The notes: generated by a model not told the origin, from the letters alone. A DNA stretch of 64,000 nucleotides from Candidatus Latescibacterota bacterium (GCA_965204375.1 OZ241986.1:3392001-3456000); one strand, 5' to 3'; counted from the first letter of the stretch, positions 37,409 to 48,419 are shown. Numbers and translations: made by a program.

Positions 37409-38449
37409 ATGAACACCTATCGCGCTGTAATCGTAGGCTTGACGGGCATTGGTGCCAGCCGACCGCATGAAACGAGAGGACCTGTCTTCGGCGCCATGCC
37501 CCCGTCGCACGCATCGGCATATCACAAACACGCCCAAACAGAAGTCGTAGGCATATGCGACCTGCGCCAGGAAGTACTGGACGACTTCTGCGAGCGCTGG
37601 GGCGACGTCTGGCCCGATGTGAACACGTACACAGACTTCAAGGAAATGCTGGACAAAGAGCAGCCCGACCTCGTCAGTGTCGTGACATCTGATCACGCAC
37701 ACGCCGACATCACAGTAGCCGCAGCCGAAGGATCGGCACAGGCAATCCTGTGCGAAAAACCCATTGCAACAACCATGGACGACGCCGACCGCATGATCGC
37801 AGCCGCAGAAGCAAATAACGTCCTGCTCTCGATAGAACACACGCGCCGCTGGTATCCGAGTTATCTACAAGCGCGAGAAATGATCCGATCCGGCGAAATG
37901 GGCCGCTTGCGAACCATCGTCTGCGACCAATTCGGAACGCGCGCCATGATGTTCCGCAACGGCACGCACATGATCGACATGATGTGCTTCTTTGCCGAAG
38001 CAAATCCCGAATGGCTGGTCGGCGAACTGGAACCCGGATTTGAACACTTTACCGAATACAAAGGCGATGGCGGGCACGACCCGGCAACCGACCCTTATGC
38101 CTCTGCGTACATCCATTTTGACAATGGCGTACGCGCATTTTACAACTGCCACAAAATGGCGTTTAACGGATCGAAATTTTCTCTGACATGTGAAAATGGA
38201 AGAATTGAAATCTCAGATCAAAAATTCGAGGTTATTACCCCACAAGAACCGCGCTGGTGGTCGCATGCAACAGTCCCCGTGGATCCCTATATGGAAATCC
38301 GACAAATTGGCGCAGTCTCGGAACTCATCCACGTCCTGGAAAACGGCGGCACACTCGTCTCGCCCGCACGCGAAGCCAGAAAAACACTTCAAATCATGCT
38401 CGGCATATTAGACTCCCACCACGCGGGCAATGTGCGAGTCAATCTTTAA
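37409..38449 (+). CDS. Gfo/Idh/MocA oxidoreductase
   Basis: 'CEKPIA', 'GTHMID'; AGGAGG RBS. Confidence 0.9.
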   Translation: MNTYRAVIVGLTGIGASRPHETRGPVFGAMPPSHASAYHKHAQTEVVGICDLRQEVLDDFCERWGDVWPDVNTYTDFKEMLDKEQPDLVSVVTSDHAHADITVAAAEGSAQAILCEKPIATTMDDADRMIAAAEANNVLLSIEHTRRWYPSYLQAREMIRSGEMGRLRTIVCDQFGTRAMMFRNGTHMIDMMCFFAEANPEWLVGELEPGFEHFTEYKGDGGHDPATDPYASAYIHFDNGVRAFYNCHKMAFNGSKFSLTCENGRIEISDQKFEVITPQEPRWWSHATVPVDPYMEIRQIGAVSELIHVLENGGTLVSPAREARKTLQIMLGILDSHHAGNVRVNL

Positions 38450-38462
38450 AAAAGGAGACCCC

Positions 38463-39524
38463 ATGACAGATAAGCATCGCATCGAATGTCTCTTCCTCTC
38501 GCAAGAAGACCTCCTGCAAGCCGGATGCCTGGACATACGGCTTGCCATGAGCGCGGCAGAAAACGCCATGCTCGCCTTTCAAAAAAATGACATTCTCTTT
38601 CCAGAAAAAGTAGTTCAGATCTTCAATGAAGACACCCAGGACCGCATTAACTGCCTGCCGGCTACCCTCTTACCCGAAAAGATATGCGGAGCCAAATGGG
38701 TATCCGTATTCCCGTTCAATCCCGAGAAATACGGCCAACAGAACCTCTCTGCGGTATTCATCCTATCCGAGATCGAGAAAGGCTACCCCATTGCCTTTAT
38801 GGATGGCACCCTGTGTTCGAATATGCGCGTGGGCGCAATGGGTGGCATTGCCGCCAGGCATTTCGCAAGACCGGATTCCAGGAGCATCGCTTTCATTGGC
38901 GCAGGAGAACAGGCCAAGATGCACTTAATCGCCATGAAGACAGTGTTTCCAGGCCTTGAGGAATGCCGGGTTTCAGCCAAATATGACCACGAAGAACAGC
39001 AGTTCATCGACGAAATGGCTTCCCTCTTTCAAGATATGCGTTTCTCCGCCGCCCATACAAATGCACAGCGGGCCATAGAGGGCGCCGATATTCTCGTCAC
39101 AGCCACGAGCGCGCAAGCCCCGCTTCTCAAAGCGGCCTGGATAAAACCCGGAACTTTCTACAGTCATATCGGCGGCTGGGAGGACGAGTACGACGTGGCG
39201 AGACAATCCGATAAAATTGTGTGCGACGATTGGGAAACCGTAAAGCACAGAACGCAAACGCTCAGTCGTATGTACAAGGACGGACAACTCTCAGACGAGG
39301 ACATTTACGCGAACCTCGTCGAAGTCGTCTCCGGAGAAAAAGGAGGAAGGGAGACCCCCGAAGAACGGGCCTACTTCAACGCAGTTGGCCTGGCTTATGT
39401 CGATGTGGCTATTGCATACGCGATGTACCAACGAGCCAGAGAAGCCGGAAAGGGACGGATGTCGAGCATCCAGGAGACCATGATCTTCCAGCACGAGAAC
39501 CTATCGGATTTGATCCGGCTGTAG
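38463..39524 (+). CDS. Ornithine cyclodeaminase / mu-crystallin family protein
   Basis: 'GAKWVS', 'SNMRVGA', IGAGEQA, 'GLAYVDVA'. Confidence 0.9.
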   Translation: MTDKHRIECLFLSQEDLLQAGCLDIRLAMSAAENAMLAFQKNDILFPEKVVQIFNEDTQDRINCLPATLLPEKICGAKWVSVFPFNPEKYGQQNLSAVFILSEIEKGYPIAFMDGTLCSNMRVGAMGGIAARHFARPDSRSIAFIGAGEQAKMHLIAMKTVFPGLEECRVSAKYDHEEQQFIDEMASLFQDMRFSAAHTNAQRAIEGADILVTATSAQAPLLKAAWIKPGTFYSHIGGWEDEYDVARQSDKIVCDDWETVKHRTQTLSRMYKDGQLSDEDIYANLVEVVSGEKGGRETPEERAYFNAVGLAYVDVAIAYAMYQRAREAGKGRMSSIQETMIFQHENLSDLIRL

Positions 39525-39554
39525 GATCTATTTGAAGCGGGCAAGGAGTAAATC

Positions 39555-41102
39555 ATGACCAGACGCAGACTACCCATCGGCATTCAGACCTTCCGCGAGA
39601 TGCGAGAAGAGAACTACTACTACGTCGATAAGACACCCTATATTCGGCGGATGATAGACGAAGGTAAGCACTACTTCCTGTCGCGCCCACGTCGCTTTGG
39701 CAAGAGCCTGTTTCTGGACACGCTGAAGGAACTGTTCGAAGGCAATGAACCATTGTTCGATGGGCTTCATATCCACGACCGCTGGGACTGGTCAATTCGC
39801 CATCCGGTGATTCGTCTGAGTTTTGGTCGAGGCAACTTCAAAGAGCCGGGATATCTACAGACGAACTTGATGGCACAACTGGACGCAGTTGAACGTCGAG
39901 AGGGCATAAAGTCCGACTACACCACCGCGCCCGAGCGTTTCGCCTATCTAATTGAAACACTACATGATCGTGCTGGACAGCCGGTGGCCGTTCTGGTAGA
40001 TGAATACGACAAGCCGATTCTGGACGCGCTTGAAGTGCCAGAGGTCGCACGCGCTAACCGCGATTTTTTGCGCGGCCTGTACGCAACCATCAAGGACAGC
40101 GATGCCCACATCAAGTTCACTTTCCTCACTGGCGTCAGCAAATTCTCCAAAGTCAGCCTCTTCTCCGGACTCAACAACCTCACTGACATCACCATCGACC
40201 CGCATTACTCTGCCTTATGCGGCTACACCGAAGAGGACCTCGACACGGTATTCGCGCCAGAACTGCCCGGCCTGGACCGAGACCAAATCCGCGAGTGGTA
40301 TAACGGCTATTCCTGGCGAGGGGAGGAGAAAGTGTACAACCCCTTCGACATCCTCCTCTTGTTCCGCAACCGCGAGTTTCGCGCCTACTGGTTCGAGACC
40401 GGAACACCGACGTTTCTGGTCAACACGTTAGTAGATCGCAGAGTGAGTTCCATAGATCTGGACGATATGCTGGGCAGCGACGAACTGTTATCTACATTTG
40501 ACGTTGACGATATCGCCACACAAGCACTGCTATTTCAGACTGGCTATCTGACCATACACCATACCGAACCGCGTGGCGGGGAGATGTACTATCGGCTATC
40601 CTATCCAAACCAAGAAGTGCGCCAGAGCTTGAACAGAAGCCTGCTAAACCACCTGACTGGCGACCCATCGCAGCGTGCGGAGTACCGTGTCCGACTGTAC
40701 GACCTGTTGCTGGTCAATGACTTCGCTGGCCTGGAAAATCTGTTCAAGGCGTTCTTCGCCAGCATTCCCTACCAGTGGCATACGAAAAACGACATAGCGA
40801 ATTACGAAGGCTATTACGCCAGCGTATTCTACTCCTACTTCGCGTCAGTGGGATTGGACATCGTTGTGGAGGACAGCAGCAGCCATGGGCGCCTGGACAT
40901 GGCGGTTCGCTTCAACGACAATGTGTATCTGTTCGAGTTCAAAGTGGTCGAATTAGCACCCGAAGGCACCGCAATGGCGCAACTGAAACAGAAACGCTAC
41001 GCCGACAAGTACCGTGACCGCGGCGAGCCGATACATCTCATCGCCGTAGAGTTCAGCCGGGAAACCCGCAACCTGGTGGGGTTCGAGACAGCCCGCGCTT
41101 GA
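39555..41102 (+). CDS. AAA-ATPase-like + PD-(D/E)xK (PDDEXK_9) nuclease protein
   Basis: 'LPIGIQTF', 'SRPRRFGKS', 'DEYDKP', 'GRLDM...FEFK'. Confidence 0.92.
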   Translation: MTRRRLPIGIQTFREMREENYYYVDKTPYIRRMIDEGKHYFLSRPRRFGKSLFLDTLKELFEGNEPLFDGLHIHDRWDWSIRHPVIRLSFGRGNFKEPGYLQTNLMAQLDAVERREGIKSDYTTAPERFAYLIETLHDRAGQPVAVLVDEYDKPILDALEVPEVARANRDFLRGLYATIKDSDAHIKFTFLTGVSKFSKVSLFSGLNNLTDITIDPHYSALCGYTEEDLDTVFAPELPGLDRDQIREWYNGYSWRGEEKVYNPFDILLLFRNREFRAYWFETGTPTFLVNTLVDRRVSSIDLDDMLGSDELLSTFDVDDIATQALLFQTGYLTIHHTEPRGGEMYYRLSYPNQEVRQSLNRSLLNHLTGDPSQRAEYRVRLYDLLLVNDFAGLENLFKAFFASIPYQWHTKNDIANYEGYYASVFYSYFASVGLDIVVEDSSSHGRLDMAVRFNDNVYLFEFKVVELAPEGTAMAQLKQKRYADKYRDRGEPIHLIAVEFSRETRNLVGFETARA

Positions 41103-41114
41103 GGCATAACCGAA

Positions 41115-41381
41115 GTGATTGAAATGAATTTGACTGTTGAATTAACAACCGACCAGGTCATTGATTTTGTCCAGCAAATGCCACCGGAAGAGAAGCGAGT
41201 AGTACTGCTCGCGCTTGCAGAACAGGCAGAAACCAGTCGGGCGGAACGCATGGAATATGCTGAAGCGCAGTTTCGAAAGTTATGTGCGTCTCGGGGATTG
41301 AATTGGGACACGATGACCGAAGCGGAACGCGAGAATTTTGTCGATGACCTCATCCATGAGGACCGCGGATGCAACCCATAG
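41115..41381 (+). CDS. Small putative antitoxin
   Basis: 88 aa; overlaps the downstream PIN gene; 'WDTMTEAERENFVDDLIHE'. Confidence 0.6.
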   Translation: MIEMNLTVELTTDQVIDFVQQMPPEEKRVVLLALAEQAETSRAERMEYAEAQFRKLCASRGLNWDTMTEAERENFVDDLIHEDRGCNP

Positions 41382-41587
41382 CCGTTTATGATACAAACAT
41401 TCTGTTGTCCGGTATCGGCTGGGGAGGTAATCCGTCTCGCTGTCTTGAACTGGCACGACAGGGCAAAATTGAAGGATTAACCTGTCCAGAAATACTGGAT
41501 GAATTGGCAGAGAAACTCACTACCAAACTCAATAGGAAGACAAATAGATGGAGATGGAATTTTCACAGGGACAAATTGTGGTCTTGA
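41369..41587 (+). pseudogene. Truncated PIN-domain toxin (PIN_3-like)
   Basis: 'VYDTNILLS...ILDELAEKL' is followed by loss of similarity at about 41533; only about 55 of the usual roughly 135 residues are present. Confidence 0.75.
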
Positions 41588-44500
41588 AGTCCGATTCTTC
41601 TGTGAAGGGAGCAGTTGTTGAAGTATTGCCGGGTGGAGATGAGGATCGAGTCAGAGTTTTTACAGAAGGAAGTATTCACACGTATTACGCTTCTCAGTTG
41701 AAAACTGAAGAGCAACTCGATGACGACTTTCAATCCCTTTCGCGTGAACAATTTCACGCCTATCTGACCGCCCTGCAAATACGGCATCCGAGCCTGTCGA
41801 AATTGTATTCACTCAATGCGGCTCGCGTTGACTTTATACCCTACCAGTTTCGTCCAGTGATGAGATTCATTCGATCAGATCGCCCGAGACTTCTAATTGC
41901 GGACGGCGTGGGTGTAGGCAAGACCATTGAGGCGGGATTAATTCTCCGGGAGTTGCAGGCCAGACGTGACATCAAATCTGTCCTTATTATATGTCCGCGC
42001 CCATTAGTGACCGAGCGCAAATGGGAGAGTGAGATGAAACGATTTGACGAGCGTTTCACTCATCTCGACGGACCCACCTTGAGATACTGTATTAAGGAAA
42101 TGGACCTGGAAGGCGTATGGCCTCAACAACACCAGCGAACAATTCTTCCTTACTCGTTATTTGACGAAGTGCTCCTTTACGGTTCAAAGAGAAGGGGCAG
42201 AGGAAAAAGCAGAAAAGGTCTGCTGGATTTGGACCCACCTCCACGATTCGATCTTGTGATTGTCGATGAAGCCCACCATATTCGCAATCAGAGTACTTAC
42301 TCGCATCAAGCCGTGCGGTTTTTCTGCGACCACGCCGAAGCCGCGATATTTCTGACTGCTACGCCTATCCAGCTTGGTAGCCATGACCTATTTGTTCTGC
42401 TAAATACGCTCCGTCCTGACCTCATCCTGGATCATGAGAGCTTTGAGCACATGGCAGAGCCGAACCCACTCATCAACCAAGCCGTGGACTATGTACGCTT
42501 GCAAGGACCGGATTGGACAACGAGGACTATAGAAGCTCTTGACCAGGCAGCCGCAACGTCTTGGGGACGAGCGATTCTCCGCAACAACCCTGAATTTAAG
42601 AGGGCCCAGGAACGACTTGCTGGAGGTCGTATTGCCGCCGATGAAAGAGTGCAACTCATCACGAATATTGAATCATTGCATACGTTCTCGGGAATTATCA
42701 ATAGGACTCGACGGCGCGATATCGGCACGTTTACCATTAGAAAACCGGAAACCGTCAACGTGCCATTTACCTTTTCACAGCAACAACTTCACGACGAGTT
42801 GCTCCAGGTACAAGCAGAGATATTCCGCAGACTCCATGGGGATATAAACGTCAAGTTCATGATGACCACTATCCGGCGGCAAGCCGCGAGTTGTTTGTAT
42901 GGACTAGCTCCTTTTCTTGAGGATATTTTGAGCCGTCATCTCGACGAATTAGAATGGGACGAAGCCGACGATATGGGATCCGTCCCATCAAGCGATGACA
43001 TTGGTTCCATCCAATCGCAAATCCAAGTGATTCTCGAGAAGGCACGATCTCTTGATCCCTATGATCCGAAGTTGGAGGCCCTTCGCAAAGTCATCCGGGA
43101 AAAACAAAGCTTACCCAACAACAAAATCATGCTATTTAGTAGCTTTCGACACACACTTGGCTATCTTTATAAACATCTCAAAGCAGATAGCATCCGCGTC
43201 GGCATGGTTCACGGCGGGACGCCCGACGAAGAGCGAATTGCTCTTCGAAGTCGTTTTGAGAAGCCACGAGAAGATAACGACACTCTCGATGTCTTATTAT
43301 TTTCGGAAATCGGTTGCGAAGGATTAGACTACCAGTTTTGCGATTGTATTGTGAATTATGATCTGCCGTGGAATCCAATGCGCGTTGAACAGCGGATTGG
43401 TCGCATTGACCGCAACGGCCAGCAGAGTGAGACCGTCGCTATTGTCAATTTGATCACTCCTGGAACAGTTGACGCAGACATTTATGAGCGTTGTCTTGTT
43501 CGCATAGGCGTGTTCAATAGTGCTCTTGGCAGCAGCGAAGAAATACTCGGGGAGATCACCAGACAGATCAAAAATATCGCGGAAAATTATTCTTTGACCG
43601 AAGAGGATCGAAGGGCCAAGTTGCAGCAGTTGGCAGATAACAAGATTCGATTGATACAAGAACAAGACCAACTGGAACAGAACCAGATGGACCTTTTCGG
43701 TATTCGTCTTCCTGAGGACCAGATGAAGAAGGAAATTGAAGACGCCTCGAGCTTTTGGTTGTCGCCGACTTCCCTGCAAAGACTCGTCACGCTCTATCTA
43801 CAGCGAAAATGCGGGAAAGATCCTGCCTTTATTCTTGGAGAGAGGCCCTTAAAAACGCTTCGTCTCTCACAAGAGGCACGCCATATTCTATTGCGTGACT
43901 TTCGGCAACTTCCCCGACAGAATACGACGGCCTATCGCGATTGGGAGAATTGGCTGAAAGGCGGAGACCCTCACTTGTCCATAACCTTTGAATCGGACTG
44001 CGCCACGCAACATCCCGAGGCCGCTTTTGTCATGCCGCTCCACCCTTTGGTAAAACAAGCAGCGAAGTCATTCGATGCGGAGGAACGAGTCACAGTGAGC
44101 CTGAAGGCACAATCCAATGAAGTACCTGCCGGTCATTATGAATTTGCCATTTACCAGTGGCGGTTTCAGGGCATACGGGAGGATTTGATGCTCAAGCCAA
44201 TTGCCTCATCAGAGGCCGTAACGCCACATTTGAGCTATCTTCTTGAGAAAGCCGTAGATTCAGATAATCAGAACGAAAGCAACGCTACCGTATGGGATGA
44301 ATTAGACAGTCATCATTACAAGTTGTGGTCAGAGGAACGCACAGATCATCAGCAACGAAATCAGGAGTTAGCGAAGTACCGCAAAGAGAGCCTGTCAACG
44401 AGCCACCAAGCACGCATGGCACTTCTTAGAGAACAGCTTGAACAGGCAAGTGACGAAAAAATACAAAGGATGCGCCAATCACAGATCAAGAGAGCAGTCG

Positions 44501-44604
44501 CCGACTACAATAGACGCATCCAAGAGATTGACATTGCTCTGGAGAAAGCGGATATTATCGCTGAGCCAGTGGCGTATGGCACCTTAACCATAGAGGATAC
44601 ATAA
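41548..44604 (+). CDS. SNF2-family helicase (RapA/DrmD-like)
   Basis: 'PYQFRPV', ADGVGVGKT, DEAHH, LTATP, 'EGLDYQ', 'YDLPWNPMRVEQRIGRIDR'; C-terminal coiled coil. Confidence 0.93.
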   Translation: MEMEFSQGQIVVLKSDSSVKGAVVEVLPGGDEDRVRVFTEGSIHTYYASQLKTEEQLDDDFQSLSREQFHAYLTALQIRHPSLSKLYSLNAARVDFIPYQFRPVMRFIRSDRPRLLIADGVGVGKTIEAGLILRELQARRDIKSVLIICPRPLVTERKWESEMKRFDERFTHLDGPTLRYCIKEMDLEGVWPQQHQRTILPYSLFDEVLLYGSKRRGRGKSRKGLLDLDPPPRFDLVIVDEAHHIRNQSTYSHQAVRFFCDHAEAAIFLTATPIQLGSHDLFVLLNTLRPDLILDHESFEHMAEPNPLINQAVDYVRLQGPDWTTRTIEALDQAAATSWGRAILRNNPEFKRAQERLAGGRIAADERVQLITNIESLHTFSGIINRTRRRDIGTFTIRKPETVNVPFTFSQQQLHDELLQVQAEIFRRLHGDINVKFMMTTIRRQAASCLYGLAPFLEDILSRHLDELEWDEADDMGSVPSSDDIGSIQSQIQVILEKARSLDPYDPKLEALRKVIREKQSLPNNKIMLFSSFRHTLGYLYKHLKADSIRVGMVHGGTPDEERIALRSRFEKPREDNDTLDVLLFSEIGCEGLDYQFCDCIVNYDLPWNPMRVEQRIGRIDRNGQQSETVAIVNLITPGTVDADIYERCLVRIGVFNSALGSSEEILGEITRQIKNIAENYSLTEEDRRAKLQQLADNKIRLIQEQDQLEQNQMDLFGIRLPEDQMKKEIEDASSFWLSPTSLQRLVTLYLQRKCGKDPAFILGERPLKTLRLSQEARHILLRDFRQLPRQNTTAYRDWENWLKGGDPHLSITFESDCATQHPEAAFVMPLHPLVKQAAKSFDAEERVTVSLKAQSNEVPAGHYEFAIYQWRFQGIREDLMLKPIASSEAVTPHLSYLLEKAVDSDNQNESNATVWDELDSHHYKLWSEERTDHQQRNQELAKYRKESLSTSHQARMALLREQLEQASDEKIQRMRQSQIKRAVADYNRRIQEIDIALEKADIIAEPVAYGTLTIEDT

Positions 44605-44605
44605 G

Positions 44606-45214
44606 ATGGATAATTACGATCCTTTCCAAACAGTCCATCAGTTAAGAGCTTGGGTTGAAGAATCGCTTTCATCTCCAGATACAGTGGCGACAGCAACGAC
44701 TAGATACCGCGAAATCATAAAGGTAATTGACCAGTTAAAAAAACTGGACATACCCATATCACCAGACATAAAATCAGAAAAAAAATCTCTTGAAGAATTT
44801 ATTAGTGCTTCGGAAAAAATAAAAAAACTGACTGATTTGGCGAATGAACTTTCAACCTTATCAAGAGACATCAACCGCCATCTAAGAAAACTCAAGGGCG
44901 GAAAAACATCTTCCCAAAAACTACGGGTTATATTTTCCGATGGAATGGTTATTTTTGAAAACAAGGCAGTAGATACGTTTATCAAGTCTTTCCAATATAT
45001 TGGCTTAGAGCATGTTTCGGAATTGAAATCGATCAGAAGCCATGGTGGCCATCCGATTGTATCGCGTGAAGAAAATGAGTCAGCAGGACAGGTGCGAGAA
45101 ATAGATGGATACTTTATTGAAACGCATTCTAGCACAGAACAGAAGGCAAGATATATTCAAGATGTTGCCAAAGCACTTCATCTTGAAATTTCAGTTGAGC
45201 TTATAGATTCGTAG
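44606..45214 (+). CDS. Hypothetical protein: coiled coil + SeqA-C-like DNA-binding domain
   Basis: C-terminal 'GYFIETHSSTEQKARYIQDVAKAL' resembles the SeqA C-terminal 'YWVITNTNT.RK' segment. Confidence 0.5.
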   Translation: MDNYDPFQTVHQLRAWVEESLSSPDTVATATTRYREIIKVIDQLKKLDIPISPDIKSEKKSLEEFISASEKIKKLTDLANELSTLSRDINRHLRKLKGGKTSSQKLRVIFSDGMVIFENKAVDTFIKSFQYIGLEHVSELKSIRSHGGHPIVSREENESAGQVREIDGYFIETHSSTEQKARYIQDVAKALHLEISVELIDS

Positions 45215-45257
45215 GTACTCGGTGAGATTAGGAATAATTTCAAAATAAGGAGGTATC

Positions 45258-48200
45258 ATGCCGAGTGATTATAAAAAAATACGAGATGACAATATACGTC
45301 GGCGTGGCGAAGAATTTGACGATATTGGACAACTCATCTCGGAACAGTTATACAGCGATAGATCTCATTTCGTATATGAGTTACTACAAAACGCCGAAGA
45401 TGCTTTAGAGAGACGCTTTGGACAATATCCTAACGACCATTCCCCCTGTGCAGTTCAGTTTCGACTTTTCTGTGACAGACTTGAGTTTAGACATTTCGGC
45501 GTACCGTTTAACGAAGAAGATGTTAGAGGAATATCTGATGTCTTAAAAGGAACCAAGAAAGAAGATTTTATTCAAATTGGCAAGTTTGGTATCGGATTCA
45601 AGTCAGTTTATGCGTTTACAGCTTCCCCAGAAATCCATTCTGGCGATGAACATTTTGTTATCAAACGATATATCAGACCTGAAGCGAAAGAGCCAACACA
45701 CAGCCTTTCAATAGCATCCGGTGAGACTGTCTTCGTTTTTCCATTCGATCATAAAAATTTATCCGCCAAACAAGCTTTTAATCTCATTTTAAATAAATTG
45801 CGAGATCTTGGACCGAGAGTATTGCTATTCTTGAGACGAATTGACGAAATCAAATGGAGCGTCGAGCCGGATGGAGAAAAGGGACAGTACCTGAAGGAAA
45901 GAAAAAAAGATAATATTTGTAAAACCGCGCACCGTGTTACTGTAATTGGCGAGAAAAATGATCAGGATGAGGAGGAAAATTGGCTGCTCTTTGAGCGTAG
46001 TGTGATGGCTCCCGATAATAGTAACTATGTCCATATTGAGGTAGGATTCAAACTTGAAGTCAACCAAGAAGATAATACTGAGTTTATAAAAAAAATTAAC
46101 GACTCGCCATTGGTTGTCTATTTCCCGACAAAAAAAGATACAAGAATGGGCTTCTTGATTCAGGGGCCATATCGCACAACGCCAGCACGCAACGATATTC
46201 TAGAAAATGATGATTGGAATAAAAAGCTAATTGAAGAAACTGCTGAGCTGGTTGTTGAAGCACTGAGACAGTTAAAGAAGATGGGTTTGCTGTCAGTCTC
46301 TCTTTTGGAAGCCTTACCAATTAGGTGTTCAGATAGTCAGTATTACTATAGCAATGGTGGTTACTACGGAGATTTTTACCTCATCTTCACAAAAGTGCGC
46401 AAAGCACTTATGAAAAAGGAACTACTCCCGGCTAATGACGGCACGTTTATCGCTGCCCGGAACGCTAAACTCGTCCGTGGTGCTGCACTTATGAAGATTT
46501 TGAATCAAGAACAACTTAGTGCATTGTTTCAATCGGATAATGAGATCAAGTGGCTGTCGGATGAAATCACCCAAGACCGCACACCCGATCTGCGGTCTTA
46601 TTTGATGCAAGAACTCGAGGTCGAAGAAGTTGACCCGGAAGTGTTCGCACGCAATCTATTTAAACAATTTCTTGCCACCCAAGACGACGAATGGTTCATT
46701 AGGTTCTATGAATTCTTGTCTGGACAAAACGCATTGTGGCAACACTCGTGGAGTGTTCTCCGAAACAAACCCATTCTGCGTCTTCAAGATGGGTCTCACG
46801 TCAATCCATTCCAGTATGACGGCTCGCCAAACGCATCCTTAGCCATTGGAACGGATACCGAAACTTTGTTGCCAATCGTAAAAATAACTCTCTCGTCGGA
46901 TGAAAAAGTCCAAAAATTCCTACAAGAGTTGGGCGTTCCGAAGTTGGATATTGTCGAAGAGGTAATCAGGGAAATACTACCGAAATATGCGGACGATTCA
47001 GTAAGGATTGACCCTGACGAGAACAAACACGATCTCAGAAAAATTGAGCGGGCATACAAAACGGATTCCCAAGGGAAGAAAGAGCGGCTTCAGGAACAAT
47101 TGCGGGCAACACCATTCATTCTTGCAGAGTGTCCCAGTTTGGGAAAAACAATCTATCGCAAGCCAGATCAAGTCTATTTTGGAAGCGATGATTTGTGTAT
47201 GTATTTCTCCAGCAATGATTCTTTTGCCTGTGTCAACCCAGACCATCCCCAATCTACATTGTTACAAGACTTGGAAGTTAGCAAAACCGTAAGGATACAC
47301 CGGAGAGAGAAGAATGGGGAAGGAAACGTCAACATCGAAAGTCGTCACGGTCATCACAAAAGAGGACTCAATGGATTTGATCCTGGTATGCGTATTGACG
47401 GTTTGGAATGTGCAATGGCTAATCCAAATCCAAAAAAAAGTACATTTATCTGGAATGAAATAGCTATCCGCAATTCTGATTGCATTCGCGGAATTGTGGA
47501 AATATCAACAAGGCAATCTTATGAGCGTAGTGACAGAAACCCGCAAATATCCGAATTTGGCAAGTTATTGACTGCAAATGAATGGCTGCCGGACTCTAAT
47601 GGAAATATGCATACACCGAGCGAACTTACCCTTGATGATCTGCCTGAATCATTCGTCCGCGATGAGAAATTAGCGGATCAACTTGGTATGAAGAAGAATG
47701 TCGTTGCAAAACTTGCGGAAGAAGTTGGCATTTCAACTGAGGATATTGAACTATTAACAAAAGACCCCGAAGGATTCAGACAGTGGAAAGCTGAAAGAGA
47801 ATTAAAAGAAAAAAAACCAGAATTTCCTGAAAGAGTTTCTGCTAACCCTGAACGCCGAAAGAAGCAACTTAGGAATCAAGTGAAAGACGACTCAGAGAAG
47901 GATTACGAGAGAAAAAAAAGAAGCGTTCGAACAACCAGAAAAACTATTGATCCTCCCTTATATCTCAAAGAGAATTACACTAATAATGCAGATCAATTGA
48001 TATGCCAGATGTGCAAAGAGGAGATGCCCTTCAAGAAGCGCGATGGTGAGTATTACTTTGAGGCAGTGGAGGCACTTTCTGGAGACTATTTTCGTAAGGA
48101 ACACGAGGCACAGTTTCTGGCTTTATGTCCAGAGTGTGCAGCGAGGTACAAAGAATTTGTGAAGCATGATGAAAGTGCCCTGAGCAAGTTGCATCATGCC

Positions 48201-48419
48201 CTGAAGGATTCGAACCGGCCAGCAGTATCGCTGAAATTGGGAGAGTTGGGAACAAGTCTCCGATTTGTGGAGATCCACTGGCAAGATATGAAAACGATTT
48301 TACAGGTACAGCCCGTGGACAAGAGTGACACCTGGAGTGAACAAGACAAAAAAGACTTAACCACAGCCTCCTTAAAGTACGCGGCGACACTTTATCCAGA
48401 GGAGGAGGATCTTGTTTAA
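45258..48419 (+). CDS. Sacsin-like GHKL ATPase with C-terminal HNH-like Zn module and antitoxin-like tail
   Basis: 'YELLQNAED', 'IGKFGIGFKSVY', 'GFLIQGPYRTTPAR'; CQMC...FEAVE...LALCPEC; tail 'PVDKSDTWSEQDKKDLTTASLKYAATLYPEEEDLV'. Confidence 0.85.
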   Translation: MPSDYKKIRDDNIRRRGEEFDDIGQLISEQLYSDRSHFVYELLQNAEDALERRFGQYPNDHSPCAVQFRLFCDRLEFRHFGVPFNEEDVRGISDVLKGTKKEDFIQIGKFGIGFKSVYAFTASPEIHSGDEHFVIKRYIRPEAKEPTHSLSIASGETVFVFPFDHKNLSAKQAFNLILNKLRDLGPRVLLFLRRIDEIKWSVEPDGEKGQYLKERKKDNICKTAHRVTVIGEKNDQDEEENWLLFERSVMAPDNSNYVHIEVGFKLEVNQEDNTEFIKKINDSPLVVYFPTKKDTRMGFLIQGPYRTTPARNDILENDDWNKKLIEETAELVVEALRQLKKMGLLSVSLLEALPIRCSDSQYYYSNGGYYGDFYLIFTKVRKALMKKELLPANDGTFIAARNAKLVRGAALMKILNQEQLSALFQSDNEIKWLSDEITQDRTPDLRSYLMQELEVEEVDPEVFARNLFKQFLATQDDEWFIRFYEFLSGQNALWQHSWSVLRNKPILRLQDGSHVNPFQYDGSPNASLAIGTDTETLLPIVKITLSSDEKVQKFLQELGVPKLDIVEEVIREILPKYADDSVRIDPDENKHDLRKIERAYKTDSQGKKERLQEQLRATPFILAECPSLGKTIYRKPDQVYFGSDDLCMYFSSNDSFACVNPDHPQSTLLQDLEVSKTVRIHRREKNGEGNVNIESRHGHHKRGLNGFDPGMRIDGLECAMANPNPKKSTFIWNEIAIRNSDCIRGIVEISTRQSYERSDRNPQISEFGKLLTANEWLPDSNGNMHTPSELTLDDLPESFVRDEKLADQLGMKKNVVAKLAEEVGISTEDIELLTKDPEGFRQWKAERELKEKKPEFPERVSANPERRKKQLRNQVKDDSEKDYERKKRSVRTTRKTIDPPLYLKENYTNNADQLICQMCKEEMPFKKRDGEYYFEAVEALSGDYFRKEHEAQFLALCPECAARYKEFVKHDESALSKLHHALKDSNRPAVSLKLGELGTSLRFVEIHWQDMKTILQVQPVDKSDTWSEQDKKDLTTASLKYAATLYPEEEDLV

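Noticed and set aside
41548-48419. DISARM or BREX call for the SNF2 locus
   Set aside because: No DrmA/DrmB/DrmC, PglX/PglZ or methyltransferase gene nearby.
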